A stretch of DNA of 64,000 nt from an uncultured Methanoregulaceae archaeon (GTDB lineage: Archaea > Halobacteriota > Methanomicrobia > Methanomicrobiales > Methanospirillaceae): the NCBI GenBank assembly GCA_963701095.1, contig OY969564.1, forward strand, positions 928,001 through 992,000, read 5' to 3'. This document shows positions 1 through 11,643 of this stretch, piece after piece; within the stretch, counting starts at the first letter, position 1, and each line of letters starts with the position of its first letter. Under the pieces are notes generated by a model that was not told where the DNA came from, made no database searches, and worked only from the letters and a program-made list of their open reading frames with translations. Made by a program: the position numbers and the translations under genes.

Positions 1-342
1 GGAAAAAAGGATAAACGGTATGGTATTTCCCGATGCCCGTATCTGTTTTAAAAATTCAATGCCGTTTATCTCTGGCATCAGGTAATCTGAGACTATCACA
101 TCGTAATCCCGGCACTGCATTTTTTCAAGAGATTCTTTTGCAGAAAGTGCGATATGAACTGAGAATCCGGGATCTTTTTCAAGGAACATCTTGCCCACAT
201 CAAGAAGACACGAATCATCGTCCACAAGGAGAATCGTTATTTTTGTTAATCCTTTAGCTTTTGCTGTCTTTCCAAGAGACCGCGATATCTCTTGTTCAAC
301 CGCATTTTCGTCATTTTCCTTTACTACACCGGTATCAGACAT
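1..342 (-). CDS. Response regulator receiver-domain protein (5' part; runs off the window start)
   Basis: Manual minus-strand translation from ATG at 342: ...ITILLVDDDSCLLDVGKMFLE...YDVIVSDYLMPEINGIEFLKQIRASGNTIPFILFS. These are REC motifs. Not in the ORF track because it is open at the edge. Confidence 0.85.
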   Translation of the reverse strand, partial: MSDTGVVKENDENAVEQEISRSLGKTAKAKGLTKITILLVDDDSCLLDVGKMFLEKDPGFSVHIALSAKESLEKMQCRDYDVIVSDYLMPEINGIEFLKQIRASGNTIPFILFS

Positions 343-541
343 GGAGTATCGGCTATGTACAGGGATACAGCATCCGCATGTAATTGTAACAGCTGGCTTA
401 CTGTATCCGGTGATACTTCTGAATAAGAACTGACAGGATATATTACAAACTATAACTGAAATTTCGAGGGTTCTTAAATTTTAATGGCATTAAAAAAATG
501 TAGTCATTTGAAATAATGGATAGGCGAGCACGTTCTAATGC

Positions 542-1448
542 ATGGATATTCTCAATTCGCCAACATCGCGGCTGTTCGATTGGCCGGCATTACGCCTGCT
601 CGATTCACCGACGTTACGCTTGCTCAACACATCGACAATTGTGGCATGCGCCGGTTGTTTCCGGCTCTATGTTGCCATTCTTATCGCAGCAATCATGCCA
701 ACACCGTTGATTATAATCGCGTACGGTTTGATTGTCTATTCGACGTATACACTTGACCGGGCACTCGGCTGTGAAGAGGATACCGTTAACCGGAGCGAAC
801 TTTCAGGTGCAAACAAATATATCGGTATCGGCGTGAGCATGTTTGCGTTTTTAGCCGGAGCATTTATTCTTGCTACGAACCAGATCTACCTCGCCTCAAT
901 CCTGCCCTTCATCATCGGTTATGTCTATTCGAAGGGATTGTCTTTCGGTGGCTACACACTCAAACTCAAAGGGAGCATGGGCAGTAAAAATATCGTGATA
1001 GGCCTGACGTGGGGAGGAAGTATTGCGCTTATTATCAGCCGTTTTACGCCAAATATACTCACGGTCGCTGCCGTGTTTTTGTTCTTCGGGATAAAAATGT
1101 TCATCAATTCAACACTGTTCGATTTCAAGGATGTGAAAGGAGACCTTGCATCCGGGATCCGCACTCTACCGGTCTGTCTTGGTGAAACCAGGACGAAATG
1201 CCTGCTTTTAGGGCTCTGCATTTCCCTGTATGCAGTCCTGATTCTTTCCATGCTGGACGGTTTTCTACATCCAGAATGGACTCTGCTCGCCGTTAAGCTT
1301 CCTGTTCACCGCTTCATTTATCTGTTTCTATTCTGTCGGCTTTGAGGAACGAACATCAGGATTTACAAAAAAATTCCGTCAATGGATGGTGATCGGTGAA
1401 TGGCCTCTAGCGCTTTTCATGCAAGGAGCGGTTAATTTCATCTTCTAA
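542..1448 (+). CDS. UbiA-family prenyltransferase (apparent frameshift near 1294)
   Basis: Multi-TM protein with YTLDR...EDTVN and FDFKDVKGD..SGIRTLP Asp-rich motifs. Another frame from ~1295 gives a plausible C-terminus (SFLFTASFICFY...WMVIGEWPLALF..., stop 1448). Confidence 0.8.
551..637 (+). repeat. Degenerate 24-bp tandem repeat (~3.5 units) in the UbiA N-terminus
   Basis: ctcaattcgccaacatcgcggctg / ttcgattggccggcattacgcctg / ctcgattcaccgacgttacgcttg / ctcaacacatcgaca, encoding LNSPTSRL-FDWPALRL-LDSPTLRL-LNTST. Confidence 0.7.
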
Positions 1449-2225
1449 ATTTTTGACCGACCGTGACCTTTCCCGGAAATATGCAAAAAGATCTTCGCCC
1501 CATTTCACCGCCGAGGGATCGACACTGATAAGATCCCGTTTTGTATCAAATATACCGTTGGAATAAAAAAAGGTCATAGAAAGGTATTTCTCGGTCGTGA
1601 TATAGGAAAATTTTATCTCGCCATCATAAACGTAAAGGTGTGCATTATCATATTCCAACCACTTGGTAATCTGGGGCCGGTAGTTGGCTTCGACAATCTC
1701 AAACACATTACGAGTCAGGATCAGGGTCGTATCTATGCCTTTTTTTGCAAGTGACAAGAAGAGATCCGGGTAAATTGGGTGCACCATGTGCGTGATTCCT
1801 TTTACCCAGGTAGAATGTTCAAGGATATCCCGGAACTCTTTATGGGACTCATAGATCTGCTCGTCTTTGCTTTCCAGTATCTGGATGTTCCCGAGTTCAC
1901 CGATGCGGAGAAGAAATTCCTTAGGGAGGGCGTTTATATCATGATTCTGCCAGAATTTCTTTTCTTTTTCCAGGACGCCAAGGGTTTTGTTGAGCGGTTC
2001 GAGGAAATGGGCAACAAGCTCGCCCAGTTCCGTAAGAGCATATTTTTTTCCCTTTTTACAAACCAGTTTTTCATCTTCAAGGATTTTAATCTGGGGAAGC
2101 ATTCCGGTTGAGGTTACTTCGAGTACCGTCTTTATCTCCTCCCAGGTTTTCGGACCCTCCTTTAAGAGGATAAGGAGATTTTTTCGTTTTTGTGAATAAC
2201 AGATAGTACAGAGTAAATCAGCCAT
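1407..2225 (-). CDS. Winged-helix transcriptional regulator (ArsR-like HTH plus DUF1724/FilR1-middle-type domain)
   Basis: SQKRKNLLILLKEGPKT...TSTGMLPQIKILE...YALTELG wHTH, FWQNHDINALPKEFLLRIGELG, and C-terminal SAVKWGEDLF. Start placed at ATG 2225 because the longer ORF extends into the IS end. Confidence 0.85.
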   Translation of the reverse strand: MADLLCTICYSQKRKNLLILLKEGPKTWEEIKTVLEVTSTGMLPQIKILEDEKLVCKKGKKYALTELGELVAHFLEPLNKTLGVLEKEKKFWQNHDINALPKEFLLRIGELGNIQILESKDEQIYESHKEFRDILEHSTWVKGITHMVHPIYPDLFLSLAKKGIDTTLILTRNVFEIVEANYRPQITKWLEYDNAHLYVYDGEIKFSYITTEKYLSMTFFYSNGIFDTKRDLISVDPSAVKWGEDLFAYFRERSRSVKNLEDEINRSLHEKR

Positions 2226-2234
2226 AATCAGAAT

Positions 2235-3492
2235 GGTAGTGTCTCTATAATGCTGTAAAATCAGCACACCCAGTATCCAAAGAGATCATCTCACTCTTCA
2301 CAGATAAATACCGGTTACCCGTGATCCACTCCTCATTAATATCGATAAGGATCGAACCGGTAAGTCTTAACAACGAAGCATCATTCGGGAAAGCCCCTAT
2401 TTTTCTGCTCCGTCGTTTGAGTTCTTTATTAACCCGTTCCAGGAGATTAGTAGTCCGGATCTTTTTCCAGTGTTCCGGGGGAAATGCCCGGTAATTCATC
2501 AGGCCGTGCTCGAACCGGTAGATGGTATCAGCAGCCCGAGAGAGCCCGAAATTCTCCAGTTCCTTCGCATAAGCAAGTAAGAGAGCATGATCACTGAGAC
2601 ATTCTTTGAGTCGTTCGGCGATCGACTTGTGATATTTTCGGGAGACTTTTCTCAGAACTGCCCGGATAAAATGAACGTGACAAAGCTGCCATGATGAGCC
2701 AGGGAACATCCTTTCGGCAGCCGATTGGATCCCGGAATGTCCATCTGAAATAACGAGATCCACCTTACTGAGACCACGATCCTTGAGGTCGGAAAATATT
2801 CCTTCCCAGGTAAGTTCATGTTCCGCATCAGCTACACGAGCTCCGAGGATCTCCCGGTATCCGTCTTCCCGTACCCGGCTACTACGAGAAGAGCTTTGTT
2901 GACGTACTTGACTCCATCTCTTACTTTGAAGTACGATGCATCGACGAAAAGATACGGAAAGTGTGAGTCGATGGTTCTTTCCATAAACTCCGTGATTTTC
3001 ACATCGAGTTCCTGTGCTACCTTCGAGACGTAGGACGCCGAAATCTGGGTGACGCCCAGATGTGAGATTACTTTCTCGACATTCCGGGTCGATACGCCCT
3101 GAAGATACGATTCGATGATCGCGTTCACGAGCGCTTTCTCAGCCCGGGAGTATCGTTCGAATACTTTTGTCTCAAACGGGATCTCGCGTAACTGCGGTTT
3201 CTGGAGCATGAGATCCCCGAACCGGGTCTTCAGGGACCTAGACCGGTACCCGTTCCGATGCGCTCTTCTCGAACTCGATCTCGCGTGTTTCGGTACTCCG
3301 GCTTGTTGGGCCACTTCCTCGTTCATCACATCGTTCAGAAACCACGTGATGAGCTGTTGCATTCCCTTCTCGTTATCGGTAAGATAATTTAGTACGATGT
3401 CGTTTAGATTCATTGCCCTGTATTCTCCTTGTTGCAATCTGATGTTGGATACAGGGCGTCTTCACTTTTTACAGCACTTCGTGTACACTACC
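2235..3492 (-). mobile_element. IS256-family insertion sequence, complete (1258 bp)
   Basis: Imperfect 26-bp TIRs: GGTAGTGTctctataaTGCTGTAAAA at 2235 and GGTAGTGTacacgaagTGCTGTAAAA (reverse complement, ending 3492). 9-bp direct repeat AATCAGAAT at 2226-2234 and 3493-3501. Confidence 0.95.
2245..3413 (-). CDS. IS256-family (Mutator-type DDE) transposase; one apparent frameshift near 2875
   Basis: Motifs HRNGYRSRSLKTRFGD, YLQGVSTR, FVDASYFKVR, VISDGHSGI, WQLCHVHF, IRTTNLLERVNKELKRR. The two ORFs join if one G is restored in a G-run. Confidence 0.92.
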
Positions 3493-3689
3493 AATCAGAA
3501 TACCAATCAAAATGTAATTTGCATCATTTCTTAAAATTTTAAGCAGTATTTTTCCTTCAGGAATAATAAACGTGCCTGTTTTTTACTAAATTACGGGAGA
3601 CAATAATATATTATCACTTCATAAAAATTATCCTATAAACTTACAATAATCTAGAAATCACGCCTTATTTTTAACCGGTTGCGGTAACC

Positions 3690-4475
3690 ATGAATACTAT
3701 TCTGGCATACACTCATTCCTGTATGCCTGCGCCAAAACACCTCGGGTTCCCACCGGGAAAAACACTTCCTGAAGAACTGAGTTCCGCAATGAAACGGATC
3801 GAAACCTCCGGGATAATCTATCCTGACGGATATTACCAGACCCTTCTTGAGAAGTACACCCGGGATGGTGTTTGCTATCCCCATATTCTCATGATACTCG
3901 GCGAACCCCGGATCAACAACCACTTCTATTATCCTCATGTGGTCAGGGGAAAAGGAAAGCTCCTGGACTATGGCTGTGGTACCGGCGATAATGTCCGGCA
4001 ATTGATCCGGGATGGTTTTCCACGTGAAAGGATCATTGCATTCGATATCAACCGGGCAAGCATAGATCTCGGTTTTGATCTGTACCTTGACCGGGATAGG
4101 ATAGGCGACCTCTTCACAGTCTCAGAAATATTTCCGTATGGGCCGGACCAGTTCGACCTTGTCTATTCAGCCTCCGTTTTCCATGTTATTGTTGAAGAAG
4201 ACATACTGGAGGAGTATCTTTCCCATGCGTGGTCTACTCTCAAACCAGGCGGCATTCTTTTTGGTTCCACGGCAGGGCTGAAGGGAGAGGAAATTATCAA
4301 TTCGCCGAACGAATGGGGGCCGCCACGGATTTTAACAGAAGATCAACTAACCGGGTTCCTGACTTGTGCGGGTTTTGAGGTTCTGGAGATTGTTGAGCGT
4401 CCCCACGGCCATCACCACGTCCCTCAGCACAAAAACAGATGTGTTCTTGAATTCTGTGCAAAAAAACCGGAATGA
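3690..4475 (+). CDS. Class I SAM-dependent methyltransferase
   Basis: LLDYGCGTG motif I, FDLVYSASVFH, LKPGGILFG. Confidence 0.85.
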   Translation: MNTILAYTHSCMPAPKHLGFPPGKTLPEELSSAMKRIETSGIIYPDGYYQTLLEKYTRDGVCYPHILMILGEPRINNHFYYPHVVRGKGKLLDYGCGTGDNVRQLIRDGFPRERIIAFDINRASIDLGFDLYLDRDRIGDLFTVSEIFPYGPDQFDLVYSASVFHVIVEEDILEEYLSHAWSTLKPGGILFGSTAGLKGEEIINSPNEWGPPRILTEDQLTGFLTCAGFEVLEIVERPHGHHHVPQHKNRCVLEFCAKKPE

Positions 4476-4729
4476 GTCAGCACGGGACAGGTGCACCCAC
4501 CCACATGTTTTTATGGTTGATAGATTGAGATCGATGTAGGTGCATTGATGCATATTACGCCGCAGACACTTGCGGGTCCCGTTCCGGCCGAACTCGGGAT
4601 TCCTCTGGGAGCGGGTCTGCCATTTATTGCAAGGACCATCCAAGCGGATCTCGCCGCAAAAGGACTGGATGAAGTCCTTACAGAGGAGTGACGGGGCCGG
4701 AGTTTAAATATAAAAATTTTTTTCCTTTT

Positions 4730-5221
4730 TTATGTATTATAGGACCGGAATGCCACATACTGGTCGAGTATCTTGACCTCATCTCCCTGCGGTGAGATTG
4801 CCCAGACTTCTGCCCGGTCCTGGTATCCGGTGGTCGCGTCGAACATCAGACTCTCCCCAACAGATAGCGGCTGGATCATCTGCCCGGTTTCCACAACGCC
4901 GTCGGATCGGGTAACCTTGATATTCAGTCCCTGGATAAGATCCATCCCCATCCCGCCCCGAAAGGTTACGATAATCTTCGGATTGATAGCTTGTCCATTA
5001 CTCTGGGCCTGGGCCTCGACCGCCCAGTAATCGGGCATGACCCCGGTAGGTCCCGGGGTGACTGAATCTATGGTTTGGGTCTGAACCGGCGCCAGAAAGG
5101 GGGTCATGGTTGGTGACACTGGTGATGGCACGGGTGAGAGACCTACCGGTTGGGTGCAACCAGCAACAGCAAGTATCAGCACCAGAAGGATTGCCGGGCC
5201 AAGTACCAGACGCAACATCAT
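4730..5221 (-). CDS. Putative lipoprotein, hypothetical
   Basis: Hydrophobic signal ending AVAGC (archaeal lipobox), Pro/Thr linker, small beta-rich domain. Start estimated. Confidence 0.65.
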   Translation of the reverse strand: MMLRLVLGPAILLVLILAVAGCTQPVGLSPVPSPVSPTMTPFLAPVQTQTIDSVTPGPTGVMPDYWAVEAQAQSNGQAINPKIIVTFRGGMGMDLIQGLNIKVTRSDGVVETGQMIQPLSVGESLMFDATTGYQDRAEVWAISPQGDEVKILDQYVAFRSYNT

Positions 5222-5293
5222 GTGAGGAAAGTCGGATCCACCGGTATATATGATGGTAGGATAGTGAAAGTTAGAAGGTGTCAATAAAAAAAG

Positions 5294-7373
5294 TCAGGAA
5301 TGCTGACTCACCTCAGGATTGCCATTTTTGTTACGGCATGTGTACCGGCAGATGTTTCCTACAGACCGGAACGCATCTTCGAGGTCAGGGAAATTGGGGA
5401 TTTTTGCTTCGCGGAGGATGCGTTGCGGTGTTTTCATGGAATCTCCGCCGATCATACACCCTACAATCATCTTTTTTGTATGCTTGGAGAACCGGATTAG
5501 TTCGTTTGCTATCCTGATAGGATTGGCAAGTGCTGTTGGCACGGCAATAACAAACGCGATATCCCAGAGGTCCTGATGTTTTATCATCACATCAAAAGTC
5601 TTCGCATACTGGTCGGGATGGGAATCACCCACCATATCAATGGGGTTTTCACGGCTCCAGTTGGAAGGTAAGACCGAGTCCAGTTCGCTGATGAGTGCAT
5701 CGGGAAATGCCACCAGCTCGATCCCGAAGCGTTCTGCGTAATCCGAAGAGAGGACGGCAAATCCCCCGGCGTTTGAGATTACTACCGCCCGGGTACCGTG
5801 GGGGTATCCTTCCGACGCAAGGAGTTCTGCTGCCTGGAATGCTTCCCTGATCGACCTGACCGGGATCATCCCCGCCTGTCTGAATGCAGCTGAAGTACAC
5901 TTCGGCACTTCCGGCAAGGGACCCGGTGTGTGACGATGCTGCTTTCTGTCCGATCTGAGATGATCCTGATTTCAGGACAATAACCGGTTTTATCGGGGTG
6001 ATCCGGCTGACGATGTCCAAAAAGCGACGGCCGTTGCGGATCTCCTCAACATAAAGGATGACGGCGTTTGTGGCAGGATCCGTTCCGGTCCACCGGATGA
6101 AATCTTCAAACGTGAGATCCAGCTGGTTACCTACGGAAATCACTGCAGAAAACCCGATCCCCTCAGGCAGGCTCCAGTCAACGATAGTAGTTATGATCGC
6201 ACCGCTCTGCGAAATAAAAGCGATGGAGCCGGAAGTAGGAGAGACCGGGTCAAACGTGGTGTTAATGCCTTTCATTGGCAGCATGAACCCCAGGCAATTG
6301 GGGCCCATAACCCGGATCCCATAGTTCCGTGCAAGGGAAAGTACCTGTTCCTCCAGCGCTTTTCCTGCAGGTCCGGTCTCCCGGAACCCTGAAGAGACAA
6401 TAATTACGAGAGGGATTTTCTTTTTTCCGGCGTCTTCTACAATGGCAGGAACCCCCGGAGCGGGTATAGCGATAACAGCGACGTCCACAGGCCCCGGGAT
6501 TGCAGTAAGGGAGGGGTAGGTTGTTTTTCCAAGGATTGACGCATTATTGGGATTAACCGGATACAGGTCGCCGGAAAAGCCGAGCATGTTCCGGCAGATT
6601 GCGTACCCGACCTTGTCGGGATTCTGCGAAGCTCCAACCACCGCAACCGAACCAATCTTTAACAGGCTCTCCGGCATGACCGCATGATCTTCATCCTGAT
6701 GCACTGGTTCCCGGATATCGGTCGTATAGATACGGGCATCTACGACACACCCGCCTTTTGCATACAGGATGACCGGGTTGATATCAAATTCCTGAACCTC
6801 GGGATGTTCCAGGAACATGCGAATAAGAGCCCCGGCAATGGCCACAAGTGCGGCCTCGTCCCGGGGTGCACTGTGCCTGAACCCGGCGATTAGAGGATAC
6901 CCCCGGAGGCTGTGGATCATGGACCGGAGCTGGTCATCGGTGATCGGCAGGAGCCGGATCGCCACATCCCGGATCAGTTCGACAAGCGTTCCGCCCATCC
7001 CGATCGTAATTATTTTCCCAAATGCAGGGTCGGTCTTTCCCCCAACAATAAGTTCAAGTCCTTCATCCTGCTGCTTTTCAAGGATTACACCATGGATTTC
7101 AGCGTCGGGATAGGCTATCCTGACATTTTTCGTGATGGATCGAAATGCCTCGGTAGCGGCTGTCGCAGATGTGATACCGGTGATGACACCGCCTGCATCA
7201 CTTTTATGGACAACCTGTGGCGAGACGATCTTTGCTACCAGGGGAAAACCGATCTCTGCTGCTGTATGTCCTGCTTCATCTGTAGTCTGGACAACTGCGT
7301 ACCGGGGCACCGGGATCCCGTAGTGTTTTAGCAGTTCGTAACCTTCAGATTCGGATAAAAGGGTGCGTGGCAT
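5294..7373 (-). CDS. ADP-forming acetate/acyl-CoA ligase, fused subunits with ATP-grasp domain first; apparent frameshift near 5896
   Basis: ATP-grasp (KIVSPQVVHKSDAGGV, EFDINP), CoA-binding VAVVGAS, GPNCLG, SQSGA, phospho-His motif SHTGSLAG. Second ORF carries NAGG and NPIDMVGD. Confidence 0.9.
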
Positions 7374-7543
7374 GGTGGCAGGGTACTCCCGGGATGTGAT
7401 CCTTTAGGAAGTATTGCCGGCACGGGGTTAATGAGGATTGTGTAAGATCATAGTAATGCAGGCAAACGAGGACGTTATGAAAGAGGAAGTGCCATGTCAA
7501 TTCCTGAATGATATTAAATCCCACAAAAATCCGCAAATTCACC

Positions 7544-7913
7544 TTATTTATTCAATGCAAGTTCAATAGCCACGCGAAGATCATGATCTTCAAACGGTTT
7601 TAGAACAAAACCATCCGGCTGAGTTTCTTTTGCCCGTTGAAGCGTGGAACCATCTGAATGAGAGGTAAGAAAGATGACAGGTATCTTGACCCTTGTTTTA
7701 ATCATATTTGCTGTCTCTATCCCGTCAGTTTCCCCTTTGATATTAATATCCATAAGCACAACGTCCGGGTACTCTTTTACAAGGATTTCCATTGTTTCTG
7801 TACCTGGATGTGGCCCTGCCGCAGACTTCGTAGCCGATATTATTCAGTCTCCATGCAATAACTCTGGCAACGATATCGTCATCTTCAACAATCAGGATTT
7901 TCGTTTTGGGCAT
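7544..7913 (-). CDS. Single-domain response regulator (apparent frameshift near 7806)
   Basis: MPKTKILIVEDD... continues in another frame as PDVVLMDINIKGETDGIE...IPVIFLTS...FVLKPF. Confidence 0.85.
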
Positions 7914-8115
7914 TGTGCATCTCTTTAATATTTTATTTATTATGGCAAAATATTTCATTCTGCTTCTTTAGGATTCTGTCAATTTACCGGGTATTGAGTT
8001 TTGACCCTTCAGTGTGGGGCCAAGCTACCGAAGACTCGACAGACCCTCAAAAACACCTTGACTGTCACCTCCCTCATTCTTATAACCACCGGCGTCCTTT
8101 TGTACCTCACATCAC

Positions 8116-10925
8116 ATGAAAAATATCGTCATTAAAGGTGCCCGCCAGCACAACTTGAAAAATATCAATGTGGAGATCCCCCGGGACAAGCTTATCGTCA
8201 TTACCGGTGTCTCCGGCTCCGGCAAATCGACCCTTGCCTTTGATACTCTCTACGCCGAAGGCCAGAGACGCTATGTTGAATCACTCTCAACCTATGCCCG
8301 CCAGTTCCTCGGTCTCATGCACAAACCCGACGTGGACAGTATCGAAGGACTCTCGCCAGCCATATCCATAGAGCAGAAAACCACATCCAAAAACCCACGG
8401 TCAACTGTAGGAACTACTACAGAAATCTACGATTACCTCAGGCTCCTTTTCGCGAGAATCGGTATTCCTTATTGTCCCGAACACAACATTCCCATCGCTG
8501 CCCAAACACCGGAAAAAATTGCAGATCAGATTGCGGCTGAGTATCCCGGCATGGTCACTATCCTCGCACCCATTGTCCGGCAGAAGAAGGGAACCTACCA
8601 GCAACTTCTCAAAGATCTCAACAAAGAGGGATACGCCCGGTGCGGGTAAACAAAACCATCATCCGCACTGATGAAGAAATCAGCCTCGACCGGTACAAGA
8701 AACAGGATATCGAGATCGTCATCGACAGGTTAGAAACATCTGATCGTACCAGGCTTGCAGAAGCAGTAGAAAACACCCTCAAAAAGTCCGAAGGTCTCGT
8801 GCTCGTCGCGGATGAAACAGGAAAAGAATCAACCTACTCCTCCCTGTTAGCATGCCCCATCTGTGGCCTTGCTTTCGAAGAGCTCCAGCCGCGAATGTTC
8901 TCATTCAACAGCCCGTTTGGCGCCTGCGAAGAATGCCACGGGCTCGGTGTCAAGATGGAATTCGACGCCGATCTTATCATCCCGGATAAAGAACGGTGTA
9001 TTGCAGACGGTGCCGTCGCGCCATACAGGAACCCCATGGACGGTTTCCGGGGCCAGTACCTCGCTACCGTAGCAAGGCACTACGGTTTCTCGGCCCTCAC
9101 CCCCATAAAAGACCTCACGAAAGAGCAGTACGACGCGCTTATGTACGGCTCGAACGAAAAGATGCACTTCTCGATGAGCATGAAAAATGGGGAGGCTCAG
9201 TGGTCCCATAACGGAGAATGGGAAGGCCTCCTCCCTCAGACCGCCCGGCTCTATTCACAGACTCAGTCCGAGTGGAGAAAACGGGAACTGGAAAATTATA
9301 TGCGGGTCTTTCCCTGCCCCGTCTGCAAGGGAAAACGGCTCAAAGATAAAGTGCTCGCCGTCAGGATCAAAAACAAATCGATTATCGATGTCACGGATCT
9401 TTCGGTCACAAACTGCTTAGCATTCTTTTCCAGTCTCCAGCTCACCGAAAAAGAGCAGGAGATCGCCCGGCAGATCATCAAGGAGATCCATTCCCGGCTT
9501 TTGTTCCTGGAAAAAGTCGGTCTTGGTTACATTACGCTCTCAAGAAACGCCGGGACACTCTCCGGGGGCGAAATTCAAAGAATCCGGCTTGCCACTCAAA
9601 TAGGTTCAAACCTGATGGGCGTTCTTTATGTTCTCGACGAACCTTCTATCGGGTTGCACCAGCGGGACAACAAGAAACTCATAGGGACACTTCGAACACT
9701 CCGTGACATAGGAAACACGCTGATCGTTGTGGAACATGACGAAGATATGATCCGGAGTGCGGACCACGTCATCGATATAGGACCCGGTGCCGGACTTCAC
9801 GGTGGCGCGATCGTAGCCGAGGGTACCCCCCAACAGATAGAGAAAAACAAAAAATCCCTCACCGGCCAGTACCTTTCCGGGAAGAAAAAGATTGATGTGC
9901 CATCAATTCGACGCAATGGAAAGAAGTTTATCACCGTTAAAGGCTGCACAGAGAACAATCTTAAAAATATCGATGTGAAAATTCCCATCGGTCTCTTTTC
10001 CGTTGTAACCGGTGTTTCCGGGTCAGGCAAATCCACGCTCGTCTACGATACGCTGTACAAGGGCATGATGCAAAAGCTGTACGGCTCCCGGGAGCAGGCA
10101 GGCGCACATAAAGCGATCACCTTTGATACCGAGATTGACAAAGTGATAGTCATTGACCAGAGCCCGATCGGGCGGACACCTCGGTCGAACCCGGCAACCT
10201 ACACCAAGCTTTTTGACGAAATCCGGTCGGTTTTTGCGGAAACCAAGGACGCAAAGATGCGAGGTTACAAGCCCGGGCGGTTCTCCTTTAACCTCAAGGG
10301 CGGCCGTTGTGAGGCCTGTGAAGGGGATGGCCTGATCAAGATCGAGATGAATTTCCTGCCCGACGTCTATATCGAGTGCGAGGAGTGCAAGGGGAAACGT
10401 TACAACCGGGAGACTCTCGAAGTTAAATACAAAGGTAAGTCAATTGCCGACGTCCTGGATATGAGCGTCGAGGAAGGGATGGCACTCTTTGAACATATTC
10501 CCTCGATCCAGAGCAAGCTTGAGATGCTTTCTAGGGTCGGCCTGGATTACGTTAAACTCGGGCAAAGCGCGACTACTCTTTCAGGGGGAGAGGCACAGCG
10601 GATCAAGCTTACGAGAGAACTTGCAAAAAGGGCAACCGGAAAGACACTCTACCTTCTCGACGAACCGACAACCGGGCTCCACTTCGATGATACCAAAAAA
10701 CTCATCAAAGTACTCGATGATCTGGTGGAGAAAGGAAACACAGTTGTTGTGATAGAGCACAACCTCGATGTAATTAAATCAGCAGATCACCTCATCGATA
10801 TTGGACCGGAGGGAGGGGATGCCGGGGGAGAGATTGTGGCTACCGGGACACCGGAACACCTCGCAATGGTACCGGAAAGCTATACCGGGCAGTTCCTGAA
10901 AGAAATGCTGGCGAAAAAGGGGTGA
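8116..10925 (+). CDS. uvrA: Excinuclease ABC subunit A (apparent frameshift near 8640)
   Basis: GARQHNLKN, two GVSGSGKS Walker A motifs, zinc fingers, LSGGE signatures. Confidence 0.97.
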
Positions 10926-11111
10926 GAGATTTTCCCATTTTCACCTTTATTTCCTGTCATTAAGATGCGATGATGCTTAAAATTTTAATTATCGTCGATG
11001 CCTTTGTTATGACCAGCTGCTGTCGGGTGGAACATGACTTAAAGAATATAATATCGTCGTAACCCATCAATTTTGTCGATATAAAGGTCCCACAATGCAA
11101 CAGAATCTCGT

Positions 11112-11393
11112 TTAGAAATTTTGTAGAATGTTGTTTATCACTGCCATAACCGTTCCACACGTTGCGTACGACAGGGGAATCCACCCATTGCCATCACTTC
11201 TCCGCTCGATGAGGTACACTAATCCAATCATCCCAAATAAAAACAGAAATTTTAACACTATCATCTGATTCGGGAATGTCGTATACAAAGGATTCATTTC
11301 CTTATACCCATGCATCAGATCAAACCTCGTGGTTACAATATCCCCTAATGTCGCCACGCCAAGCAACTCGAACCAGATGACAGACCAGATCAT
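11112..11393 (-). CDS. Small membrane protein (DUF5658-like)
   Basis: 93 aa with about three TM segments and a D.VTT.....GY.EMNPL motif. Confidence 0.6.
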   Translation of the reverse strand: MIWSVIWFELLGVATLGDIVTTRFDLMHGYKEMNPLYTTFPNQMIVLKFLFLFGMIGLVYLIERRSDGNGWIPLSYATCGTVMAVINNILQNF

Positions 11394-11643
11394 GTGCTCT
11401 TCCCGTTTTCGGCGTTATATAAAACAAACGCAACAAAACCACAGACAAGAAATTATTATATAAGAATATGCCATGCGTCGATTCTCTGTGACTAAATAAA
11501 AAAGAACAGGAAATACAGTTCTGTTGCATCTGCGGTTGAAATGCAAATTTTTTCGAAGTGATATCCATCTAACGTACTGCAACAGCACCGGGACAGGTAC
11601 CCGAAGATACCTTTATTATCCGAACACAATTAATGAGTTCCGC

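Noticed and set aside
2820..2880. TAG read-through (pyrrolysine) or programmed frameshift in the transposase and other split genes
   Set aside because: The continuations are in different frames and are fixed by single-base indels; consistent with sequencing error.
4548..4691. 47-aa ORF MHITPQTLAGPVPAELG...
   Set aside because: Plausible SD, but no recognisable motif or other support.
10970..11063. MMLKILIIVDAF..., resembling the start of a receiver domain
   Set aside because: Too short and degenerate to call.
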